Positions 51,497-64,000 of a stretch of DNA of 64,000 nt are shown here, in pieces. The stretch is from assembly GCA_051453625.1 (NCBI GenBank), contig JBOZIK010000001.1:2494622-2558621 (forward strand), given 5' to 3'. Under the pieces are notes generated by a model that was given only the letters and a program-made list of their open reading frames with translations, was not told the DNA's origin and did no database searches. The position numbers and the translations under genes are program-made. The DNA is from Welwitschia mirabilis. Lineage: Eukaryota. Position 1 is the stretch's first letter, and each line of letters starts with the position of its first letter.

Positions 51497-51807
51497 GTAG
51501 GGCCTATTGGCATCACACCAAAGGTCATGAATGAGGGAGAAATTGAAACTCTTCACATTTACCTGCTTGTCAGGTTTGGCACAGGAAGTGTATACCCAAC
51601 ATTCTTCTTCTCAATCAACATGTCTAGTGCTCACATAAGCCAAGAAGGCACTAATATGATTTAGATGAAAACCAAGTCCAAGCCATCGCTTTGCTACCAA
51701 TTTGTAGGGCCAATTACCATCACACCAAAAATGATGACTTATGCAAAAATTAGAATTCTTTATATTTACCCATCTTTTGGGGAGTCATGGGAAGCACATA
51801 CTCAATA
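51497..51807. repeat. Two diverged ~100-bp direct repeats 207 bp apart
   Basis: gtagggcctattggcatcacaccaaag... (51497) vs gtagggccaattaccatcacaccaaaa... (51704). Confidence 0.75.
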
Positions 51808-53599
51808 AAAAACCCTTAATAACTATGAGGAGGCTTTATTACTATGAAATATATATGTTATTAATATTATAAATATGTTTTTAGTAGTAGAATTTCCTTT
51901 TCACAGTCAAATTTAGCACTAGGCTTGTTTCACATCAAATGAATGAATTGCACTCATATTCGATTGACCAACAAAGTTACACTCTAGAATTGACACTTTT
52001 TTCCACTATTGATTTGCAAACATCTGTTTCAATTATATTGAGGGTGAAACCACTATGATTCCNNNNNNNNNNNNNNNAAAAATAAATATATTTCAAAGGA
52101 TATGAAACAATATTTTAGTAGATATGATAATAACAAATATACCACACTATAGATAGAATGAATGCTAGATGGGTTTTTTGTATTGTCTGATGTTTAATTA
52201 TAGCTACATTCTTCTAAATGTGATCAAGCTTATTTTTTAGAATAATTATGTGTCTAAGCCACATGACCTCAATGGCAACCAAGTGTTCAAAAGTGCTTAA
52301 TAAATATCAGTGCTATGCCTTATATAATAAGTTTAGAGCCTTTGTGTGTGCATGTGTTCATTTGCAATGAATCCGTTTTGCTTTGAAGACAATATTCAAT
52401 GATTAAATCATTGATGAGAAAAATTTAAAATTATTATCAAAAAGGTAAAGGCCAACAAGTTAGAGATTAATTAATGAAACAGTCAAATGAAAAAACTCAA
52501 CAGTTAAGAAACCCTTCAAAAACTCATTTTCCTCTAATATTGAAATACATTAGGATAGAAAAATTAGATCAGTAAATGTTAGAAATTCAAATTTCATTAC
52601 TACAAGTTCACAACCATATCATTTAGATAAGACAAAATAATATAAAATATTAATTATAATTAGTATGAAACTATGTATTCCACATTTACAAAAAAAAGGA
52701 AATAATACAATGTATTAGTAATAAATTCACCATTCATAATAATACTATAGTTTGATACAATGGTAGAAAAGGCCATAGAAAAACAATTATGCATGTACCA
52801 ATGTTGATATTGGAATAAGTCTTATTTAAATTCTTAGAACCCTCAAGACTCTTTCACATATCCAACTTTATTTAGGGTTAATAGACAATAACATATTATA
52901 AATGGATACAATCTTCCCATATTGTAAGTTCTCTTATGTAAGGAACCATGGCAATCACTATTATCACTAACTTTACAATGCAAATGGAATTATATCACAT
53001 GTTTAATACTGCCACCTCAAGTATCATCATTAGACCTATCATCAACATTTAAGAGGGAAGCACTAAGTAATTTTTATCTAATAACCAAGACAATGTAATA
53101 GTATTTAAAGGTGAAGGGCATAATATCATCGTAAGAAGTACTTTCATATTCCTTACTTTATCCAATGCACTAGGTAAAAAGCAATGATGGATAACATGTT
53201 AAAGATAGTGAAGGTTAATCATAGTCCCACAAATGGAACTGACATATAACTATGAATTAATCAATTCATAAATTGTAATAAGGAGTGACATATTCTATAC
53301 ATATAACCTAATCTTATAGAATCTAAATTGATTAAATTAATCAAAAATAAGAACCAAAGATTACTACTCTAACATGAAGAGTTACCTAAGGAACTATTAA
53401 TCTAGTTAAAAGACTCATTAAATAATTTTGTAATTTGATAAATATTTATTTTATTATTTAGTAATTATAAAATTATTTTCATTCACTTACCATTTTCATA
53501 AAATCAAACTAGTTTAAAGGACACTTTATGATATATAAAATAGCATCATGGTCTTGAAGTTCATAGAAGAGGTTGATGAAAACATGATGAAAAGCATAA

Positions 53600-54750
53600 C
53601 TTACATGAAGCATAACTTACATGAAATCATTGATTCATTAATTCTGGGTCATCCTACCACCTGATGGATAATAATGAACTCTTAAATAATGCCCATGCCA
53701 ATGACTACATGATATGATCATAGAATATGAAACCAAGTTAATGGCCAAAAAGATAAGTGGAATCATAGAATTCTTGGGAATGTTACTTATTGTAATATCA
53801 TTAAAGGACATGTTAAAATAAATAGAATCTTAAGAAACAACATGCTTTCTATCCCACATGAAAATTGTAAAATATCAATGAGCTTAAATAATCCAAAACT
53901 AATAAAATGGTATTAAAGAGTAGGGAATGTTAATTTTAAAATGTTATGCTACAAACAGTGTTGAACAACTTTAATAAAGTTTCATCCTTAAATAGTGATC
54001 GAAGATCTGATTTTTGGAGTTTGTCAAATGGAAAAGATACACAAGGAAACACTCCCTGAGTTTTAAGAAAGAGCATTAAGAATAAATTGGAATTAGTTTA
54101 TAGTGAGGTATTCATATCAATATCTAAACCATCTTTTAAAAGTCAATAGTACATTCTCATCTTCATAGATGATCATCTTGAAATGCTTTTTATTTATTTC
54201 TTGAAAATGAATTCACAAGTCATAGATTCATTTTGGATCTTCAATGTCATGGCCAAAAATAGTGGCTATAATTAAATATCTCAAAACTAATGGAGTATAA
54301 GAACACATATCATATGAATTCTAAGAAGACTTATAAAGAGTAGGAATTTAACATGAGTTAATCTCCTATATATAGCTAACATGAATATAGTAAAAAGAAA
54401 AAAATTGAATTAGCATGAAAATGGCATATTCCATGATGTAAAAAACCAGTGTTTCTAAGAAAGTTTAGATAGAAACCATAATTGTATTAGTATTAATATA
54501 GAATTATCTTCCAACAAGAACTCTAGAGTCATTTTTAATCTTTGGTTTGATAAGTATAATTACAACCACATCTAAGAAATTTTAGATGTAAGTGTTATGT
54601 GCATATTTCTTAACAAAGACAGAATTGGACTATTACTCATATGCAAGTTAAAAAACCAATCTTACCAAGTATAGAGTGCAAAATAAAAGAAGGTTATAAC
54701 CTTCAATGATGCGACTTTTAATATGAAGATTTTGACATTAATATTTAATA
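53600..54750 (+). pseudogene. Very decayed Copia protease/integrase remnant
   Basis: GVCQMEK, NKLELVYSEV (cf. LELVHSDV), YILIFIDDH..FIYFLK and IKYLKTNG in the expected order. Confidence 0.65.
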
Positions 54751-57700
54751 TACAAGAGATTAAAAACTTGTATTTAGTTCTAGAGAATAATGTGAATGAA
54801 GTAGAACTTAGTTAATATTCTATAATGTCATTCATAAAACCAAAAGAACCAAGATAAAGACTTAAGTTATCTAAGATACATGCCAAAATACAACCAAGAT
54901 TAAAATGCAGAAATCTTAGAATAGATGGAACTAGAACTAGAAGCATTAGAACCTATCTGTATATCTATTTAATCTTGTTGGCTGCATTTGACAATGAATG
55001 AACCACATTTAGAAGAAAGAAGATTGGTTCAATAAATAGATGGAATCAATGAGAAAAAAACACACCATATTTATAGCACAAAAAGAGATGAAACCATAAA
55101 ATATGAAACAAGTCCTAGATGGCCTAAAATGAAAAGAAATAATGCAAGTATAATATGACTTATTGATTAATAGCATTACTTAAAACCACTGATCCTTTGC
55201 AAAAAATAAATATGTACTTAACATAATAATTCGACTTAGGGGAAGAAAAGAAAGTTAAGTATAAATAGTTCAAATTAAAGTATGAAGAAATCCCATGAGT
55301 TAAATCACATATATGGTGGAGGAACGTAAGTGTTAAACAAACAGAGTACTTGACATGACTTCATATGGAAATATTAATATTGCCTTATCAAATTGTCAAT
55401 TTATATAATGCAAGAAGTATTTCTATTAAGTCACATTAAAGCAGTTAACACATATGACTTATAACTATCATTAAGAGCTACATATGTAAAAGGATAATTT
55501 TATGAGATGTAAAAAGATAAATGTAATAAATAGAAAGAAATGATCTTTTATAAACATTCACTACAACTCAGACAAATAAGTAAGAGAGTTAAGCAATTAC
55601 ATCTATAAAGTTAGTTTTATATAAAGCTTATTTTTTTCAAAAATTTTATTACTCTAAATCATATATTATAGATTCAAATGAGTAATTCAAATATTTAATT
55701 TCATTCTTTACAAAATGTACAACAACTTAGAATCAAGATATAACCTAAAAAAAAAAGATTCTTCAAATTGACATAGTAAAGAATTTAATTTAAAAATATT
55801 TTCACTAAAATTTGATATAATTAACTTGAAAAATAATGCTCTACTTATTATCAAATTAGTTATAAAAGAAATTAAATATCTAAATTAGGTTCTAAATAAA
55901 TAATTAATTGATAAAATAAGCATACAAATGTTTATTAAATCAAACGAATGCTTAGTCAATTTTGAGCTATTTTAACTGAGAGAAGAGATAAAATGAATAA
56001 GAGAGAAAAGAAAGAGAGGAAATTTAGAACAATGGTCTTGAGAATTCTCAAATTCTTAAAAATAAGTAGAATATATTCTAAAATAAGTTTCTAGACTCGA
56101 ATGTTCAACATCGAGTAGAATGAATTGAAACTGATAGAAATATTTCATCTAGAAAAAACTACAAAAATTATAGTCAACTTCACTTTAATTAAGAATATTA
56201 AAGAAACTAGAAATATTAAGAAAAAATAGATTTAATATTCTAAAATTACTCAAAAAGGACTGTAGATAGGATCTTGACTTTCTATAAAAACATCAATAAT
56301 GATAGAGAAATTTATTATGCAAAGAATAGAAAATTAAGATTTCATAGTAATAAAAAATTTCTTAAGTAAAGCTACGATCTTGGCTATAAATGGCCAAAGA
56401 AGGGGTTGTAGAGGCTAAATCTAGGTTTTAACACATTGATAATGGAAGTTTCTAAATCATGAAAGGATGCTACTAACAAAATTTTAGAATTATTGGAGTT
56501 GCATAGAAAGATTTATAGTCAAAACAAGCATTGAAATTTACTAGTTTACTTTGATTTTGAGAAGAAGAAAAAGAAGAGAAAATAATCAATGCAAAAATGG
56601 ATAATTTTAATTTTACAAAAATTGTTAACAACATGTTTACAAATGAAACTACTATTATTGTAAAGGGGAAAAATAAAAATTCATCATCATTTGCTTAGGA
56701 AGAAAGGTGGAAACATGAAAAAATGTACTAGAAGAAATGAGAAGAATGAAGAAAAAAAGAGAGAAGAGTGATAGAACACATGATTTTTTCGACATAGAGT
56801 GNNNNNNNNNNNNNNNNNNNNNNNNNNNNNNNNNNNNNNNNNNNNNNNNNNNNNNNNNNNNNNNNNNNNNNNNNNNNNNNNNNNNNNNNNNNNNNNNNNN
56901 NGAAATGAGAAGAATGAAGAAAAAAAGAGAGAAGAGTAATAGAACACATGATTTTTTCGACATAGAGTGACCAACCATGTAAAATTATATTATATTATGA
57001 TAGATACTAAATGCACAACAATCCAATTAGTATTAAATATGCAACATTGTATAAGAAGTATAATCAAATTAAAAGAAAAGCATGATGAAAATGCATAAAT
57101 CAAGTAAACAAAAGCATAGAAACATAAGGTAAAAGAACACTTATTAGTTTGAGATAAAATCAGATCCATTTCCATTATTTTCCAATCCAATCTCTTACAA
57201 GATTTGATGTCTTATCCTTCTCTGCAACCATCCTTGTAATGCCCTCTAGATGGATGAACATGGCAGAAAAGATGATGAAAAATGAAATGTGAGAGGATGT
57301 TGGAGGCTAAAAATGGATTTGTGTGTTAGTGAAATATGAGAATGAAGAATGTATAAGGATTCCAAAGCCGATAAATAGAGGATATCAACTTGGAAGTGAA
57401 GAAATATGAGAAAAATAAAGTAGAAAATCTCCTTCTAATGTTTGAGAATGGTTTGAATTCAACTTCAAAGTATCAAAATGGCACAAATATGATATAGTAA
57501 CATTATGATTTGATTTTAAACATGGAAGGGAATATCTTTGTAGGTTCACTTAGGTTAGTTTAAGGCTAAGGAATTGTTATAACCATCAATTTTCCACATG
57601 TGATTCATGGCTTACATGTGAAAACTATTTTATAGCATTATAACATCATTTTAATCATGGAACTAATGTTTCATCATCATAGGTAGTTTGAAAAATGATT

Positions 57701-60700
57701 TCCTAAGCTTCCAAAAATTAATTTGACTTAATTATCCTTCTTATAACTTACATTACTTGAAATCATCAAATTTAACTTAAAAATGACTAGGAATTATAAA
57801 TTATATCTCTAGTAATGCAAATTTCTAGGTACTTATTCATTGAAAAACTCTAATGTCATCCAATGTCATGCATGCAATGTCAAAATAAGTCAAAATCATT
57901 ACATCAATAAGGGAACAAGATATGATAATGGAAAAGGGACTATGAATAATTTGTAGAGCTGATAGGTTAAAATATTCTTTCATACTCCACATCTTCACCC
58001 TTGATCTTAACCTCTTAATCACAATCATCACAAATAGCCTCAAACTAGATCATAATACATCATTTTAAGTCATTGAGTGTTTGAAGTCCTTGTCATCTAA
58101 AAAATACAAAAATACCTCTAAGTGTAGTATTATAGTTTGAAACATAAGACAAAATTATGATTGTTAATACCTTATGTAATCAAAATTTCTGACTTTATCA
58201 AAGATAAAACCATGAAAAGCTATAAATTAAGAGTTTTAATAAACATATATGCTTAAAACTAAAGTATTAATTTCATAAAATCTTTTTTTGATTGCAAAGA
58301 GGAACACAATTAAAATCCTATTAACTCTAGCATAGAAATGCACATAGAGAACATAAAGTCATTTGTCCTAAAGAAAACAATAGATAAAGAAATATACATG
58401 ATGTAATGTAAATTCTCTATAATAAAATATTAAGAAAATAAAGTCTATAGACTCATATAATTGTTATATGTTCCAAAATAGGTATCAAGATTATATTACC
58501 AAGAAATCAATGTATATCTAAAACACATTAGAAAAATAAAAAAATATTTATACAATTATTTTACATAAATCACAATATTATCACTAAACATGATAAAGAC
58601 CAAATTAAAAGGATAAGATACATCCTTAATAAAAAATTTACAATGTTGGATTTAGATTGTTAAACTCTTTCATAAGATTCCAAATCATGAAGAAATAAAA
58701 AGTCTAATAATGCATCAAAAAAATATGCCATAAATCTTGTAAATAAATACAAGTTAAGAATGAAAACCAAAAATTATTCCATTGGATTCAAACATTAGAC
58801 CAAGAATTAAAAACTTAAAATCATGTAATAGAAAATTATATTAATAATTAATTAGGATGTTCATTAATGTAATCAACATAATACTTAATATAGGTTATGT
58901 TGTAAATATAGTAATACATTACATGAAAAAACAAAAACTCTACAACCTAGCACTAAACATAGTGAAACATGTCATTAAAACCAAGAAACTAGGATTGAAA
59001 TTCTAATCAACAAATGAACAATCAAAAGTATTTATAATGTAAATTGATGAAATTTAAAGATGTTAGATTAACTAAAAAATGTAGAATCAAGTTATACAAA
59101 ATGGTTTGATTATACAATATACATTTGAAAATCATACACATGTATCTAGATTCTAAATGATACATAACTATAAATAAACATATGATAATAATGTTAAATG
59201 TATGAAAAACCAAGTTAGTCATAACTAATAAATAACTAATGAAGCTAGATTCTTAACCCATAGTTATAATTTTTCATAGCAATATATAAAAGCTACAAAT
59301 TATGTGAAAAACCTTGATAAAACCTTTTATGATAAATCTTGTAAAAGCTAATCTTAACGATATTATAATCTAAGAAAACATAATGTCATCAAAAATTTAA
59401 TTTCATGCTTACAATAACTTTACCATTTCAAACCTTAAATGTAGAAAGTGAAGCAACCAATCAGGTTTAAATTAATTGATATTAATAGAATTATATATCA
59501 TTATGTAAGAGGAAGGATTATTTTGATGTGGACTAATGTATCAACTATTTACCTTATGTGATGATTATAAAAACATGTTATGATGTGGTTGTGTAAATAA
59601 GAAGATATTCTAGAGAGGAAATGTAAAGGTAATGTCATTGTTGATAGTAGTTCATGGTTGTATTAGTATCAAAATTAGAAGACATGACTAAATATGATAA
59701 TTCAAAAATATATTAAAAATAATAAATGGATACAACAAACAAAGTGTTAAGTAAATTTAAGTAATTCAAAAGAACTAAAATTTAAAATATTATTATCATG
59801 ATGAAATAATTGCATAATGTCATAAGAAATTTCAAAAAAGTTTAAATTTGAAAGCCTATTCCAAATAAATTTAAGGAATTCATCACATACTAAAGAGTTT
59901 AAAGTCAAAATATTATGTACAACATCATTATAAATCTAATAAATCATTGCATGATGGATATAGAGTGTAGTCCAATAGAAAGAAAATTACATATGTATAT
60001 TCATTGGAAATTATATAGAAATTATGAAAACTAGATTTCTAATTGCAAAAAAGTAGAAAATTTAAGAAATTCTATTAGATAAGTAACATATAAGAAAAAG
60101 GCTTAATAGCTGATTAATATGTAATGTTTATAAGCAAAAATGAAAAATAAAGTTAAGAAGGGTATCCTTTAATGCTTCATGACATATTTTATATTTATAT
60201 TTTTCATGTTTCTAGGCCTCTTAGGATTTTTATGTATTTTTATTCTTCTTAGATTTTAAAATTTATTTGAATTATCTTTTTTTATAATTTACACTTATTA
60301 ATTCTTAAGCTAACATAGTTTCTTCAAAACTCCAACTTGAGAAATGGATTTATATTTAAATATTTAAAGAAATTTATAAAGAACTTATTCTCAGATCAAC
60401 TTTAATACTAATATGATCATTTAAAATGATTCTATATTCATAATCATTATATAGTCAACCCAACATAATAAGTTGAAAATGAGATTCTTTCAAGAAAATA
60501 TCTAAATTCTTATCCAAGCTTAGGTGATCAATTATGAAATTATAAATAGAGAAAGTGTAAAGAAGCTAATATACTAATAATGACACGGAATTTTATTAGC
60601 ATAACTATAATAGAATTAGCCACATAACATGAAGAGTTATATTACAATAAGATAACATGGTAGTCCATATCATACATTAAATGAAACACTAACATTAGAC

Positions 60701-61264
60701 ATTGTTATATTATGATAGAACATGATCTTATAAAAGGATTACTTATAACAATTAAATTAATGTTATTATTTAATAAGATAACTAACATTTGCTAATATTC
60801 CCCTTTATAGGATCACAAGATATAAAACATGCTTGGGTATAGAACTTATAAAGTTATCCAATTTTAGGTAACCTAATAGTTTTTTTTTTGCAAGTTATTA
60901 AGTGTAAATTTTTTACTTCAATCCATGGGAAGTAATACATCATTTTAGCAACACTTAAGTTAGTTAAACAATGTTACTTATGCACATACAAGATGACTCA
61001 ATATTAGTTCTTATACCATGTGAATAACATTTCCAAGAGCTATGATATCTCTACATTGAATAGCTATGAATAAAATGAATTTATACTTAGGATCAAATAA
61101 TACATCATTTATCATGAAATATTAAGTTCATGATGATAGTACAAGGTCCAAGGAGTGTTCTAATATTACATGATTCTATGATACTAATAGTTGGTGCCTT
61201 AATATAGGATAATTTTAAGAAATCATATTCATCACATACATTTTATAACTATAATATGATATCA

Positions 61265-64000
61265 ATACCCCTCGCTTAAGGCAAGATGGATGGTAAATCC
61301 CATTATAGAGAGAAAATATATATTCCAACTTATAAATCCACTTAGAGGGAAAATCAATACAAACTTAACTTTATAGGTTTCTTATAATCTAATAATGTTT
61401 AATGTTTTTTAAAACTTTATTAAATTACCTAGCTTATTAACAATAGTGAAGTCTAAGTCCTACATTTTATGATCAACTTCAAGAAGTATCTTTNNNNNNN
61501 NNNNNNNNNNNNNNNNNNNNNNNNNNNNNNNNNNNNNNNNNNNNNNNNATTCTAATTGCATAATAAGAAATAGTTTCTGTGGAATGTTTCTAGAAAGTGC
61601 TTAAATAAAAATTTTTCATTATATTTATTATGTACAATACATCTTAGCAATTGGTACTTACAAAATATTTATTATTATTTACAAAATTGAGAATTACATG
61701 GATTCTTTATAGAATAGATGAAGTAAAAGATTGCTTATAAAGAGAGTACAAAAATATATAAAGTGTAACTTCAATTAAGTAGTTCTACAAGAGAATCCTC
61801 TTCAAATTATCCATTGGCTTTACTGAACTATGCAATAAGGGATTTATCTTTCAAAACCTATGATTAAGGTATGGTACCAAATTCTTCTATTAGTTCCATT
61901 AGGATTTTGTGGCCTTGCTTTACTTTCTCATCCTTTAACTTTTGAATTTTGTACTATAAGTTAAACATAATATCTTTTTGTTGTAGTAGTTCTTAATTTT
62001 TATTTACAAATTTTTGATTTTTAATTTGTAAAAGATGCTTTAATTTTACATTATTCTAGTAGAAATAAATGACTATTAAAGTCATTATCCTATAGTTTCT
62101 TATTAATTGTTTTTCATCTCATGGTCCCAATATTTGAAGATATTAGCTTTGGGTTTTTCTATCTCTTATGGTAAAGATGATCAATCTAGATGTTATTCTT
62201 CCTCATATTTCTTCTTTAAAACTTCATTGAGGGAGTTCCCAATTTATTTTAATTCATTAACATGTTCTCTTAATTTTCTTAAGTATATGAAAAATAGAAG
62301 TAATTAAGAATGTTATTCAAGCATCATACTTAGGATCATATTATTAAAACTTTAGCTACATGACATAGAATGGATCCACTCATCCTTTAACTACATGGTA
62401 CAAAATGGATCCATGCATACTTTATCTTATTAACTATATGATCTTTCTTTTGTTCAATCTAGGTGATGGCCTTCCATCATATCCCTATCTAGTTATCCTA
62501 TGAAACAATTAATGAAATAAAAATAATTCTAAAATTATCAATGAAATATTTCTTTATAGCTAAATGAAAGTAGGCCTTACAAATTATAATATCTGCACAC
62601 TTATATAGTTGCTTATCAATATTTGTTATTTTGGTTGGAAAGGCTTTTATTTTAAAGATTCTTTGATAAGAGCTTCCTTTTCATTTACTTCTTTATTCAT
62701 GTTTTTCTTTTATATTACAAGATCTAAATGGCTAGGTAGAAAAGATCTACTTTCCATGAGACATGGATGATTATGAAGTAGGAGGTTGATCTTGTGGTAA
62801 AACACAAGCAAATTTTTCTACATGAAGGGTCTTAGGAAGCCTTTCCAATATAGGAGACAAAAGAAGTATTATGCCTCTAAAAGCTTCATTAAGATTAAAC
62901 ATAAAATAACTATGTCTAAAGACCTCTAGCTATATGAGCATTTTTCTCCTATGTATCCTCTATTCTAGTGTTCTTATCTATAGGCAAATTACTAAAGCCA
63001 TCAAAACTATATCACAATTGAAATATCTTTTATCTTATGCATAGATCCCTTACTTATGTTTTTAATATTTTTGTAGAGGTTTATCACCACCACTTTGAAC
63101 AAGGCTATGTCTTCTTTTACATGGTAGCCCCTTAGCAAGCACCCTAATTTTGACCATAATACATTCTTCTTGTTATTTCTTAAGATGTTTCTCTGATTAA
63201 TCACTATAAGTTCTATCCTAAAGGAATATTCCAACATGTATAAGAAAACTTTTCTTTCATTTATTTTGTTGTCATATATCTATGGTAAATATTCTTTAAA
63301 GAATAGTTTCATAATTTCTACTTTTGTAATATAAAAAATATTTAATTTCAGTTGGAAAGTTGAATCCACATAGAATTGAGTCACACAAGATGCTCTTGAT
63401 AACTTTAACATCTGATACAACTATTTGTAATTGAATAATAATGGTTTCATCCTCATAGGTTCTAAAGATGAATTTCATTAATGTTCTATCTATTTCCTTG
63501 TTTAGTAGAAGATAGTAAAGATATAGCCTAAGGTTTTTCAAGTATGCAATTTGTTTTATATTTATGTAATCAAGACTAAATTCAAATTCATTAGCTAGGG
63601 AAATGTAACTAAGGGTAAGTACCATGGTTAATCCCTATTTTAACATTTAAGCGATTATAATAAGTAGATTTGAAATGGGCAAAGACTTCCTAACGACCTC
63701 AACTTCATCTGAGGAATACTCACAGATTGTTATGCCATAAACTCAAAGAAAAATATGCTTAAAAAACCTAAATATAGGTGTAGTAATAACTTATCTCGAA
63801 ATCTTTAGATTTTTTTATAACTTTAAAAAGTGTAAAAATAACTTTAACTGATAGTTAATTATCAATATCTAACTTCTTGTTTGCCTTTCCTCATGTAACT
63901 TATTAATTACATATTTAATGTGTATCATTCATAGAATGGCTATATTAATTTTGCCAACAATCAGATATTTATTAACTTATTCTATTTTATTAGCTAACCT
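61265..64000 (-). mobile_element. Probable very decayed Ty3/Gypsy internal region
   Basis: Reverse-complement PPT/LTR junction (atcaatacccctcgcttaagg, ~61261). SKLGCLLRGYHV in ORF 63007-63237 resembles the Gypsy RT motif SKLDLRSGYHQ. Weak otherwise. Confidence 0.35.

Noticed and set aside
56733..56969. Near-identical ~68-bp sequence flanking a 100-N gap, with repetitive ORFs
   Set aside because: Same gap-overlap artefact; the ORFs run through Ns.
55500..61260. LTR-like fragments (TATA-like ctataaat ~56384; Athila-like end ~58090-58200)
   Set aside because: Probably decayed TE sequence, but no partner repeat or boundaries in the window support a call.

Overview
AT-rich, repeat-dominated plant nuclear DNA from a gapped scaffold. 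Most of the window is decayed, nested retrotransposons with strong CpG/CHG erosion. (1) An old Athila-like LTR is interrupted by a gag-protease-only Athila-like element (3338-15673), itself interrupted by a minus-strand Copia (4696-9735). (2) An unclassified minus-strand LTR element (17744-36153) has tandemly repeated tRNA-Met primer sites and decayed internal coding sequence I cannot recognise. Its left LTR is split by a near full-length L1-type LINE carrying an extra third ORF, and that LINE is split by an internally deleted Sirevirus (22761-30750). (3) An RTE-like LINE remnant. (4) A Tnt1/Tork-like Copia with very short LTRs and a 1.5-kb leader (43948-50272). (5) Further heavily decayed Copia/Gypsy remnants. 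The only convincing host gene is a divergent Dof-type zinc-finger ORF (38933-39493) in a CpG-retaining island, with degenerate tRNA-like repeats on both sides. All calls come from manual reading and translation; no database searches were run.
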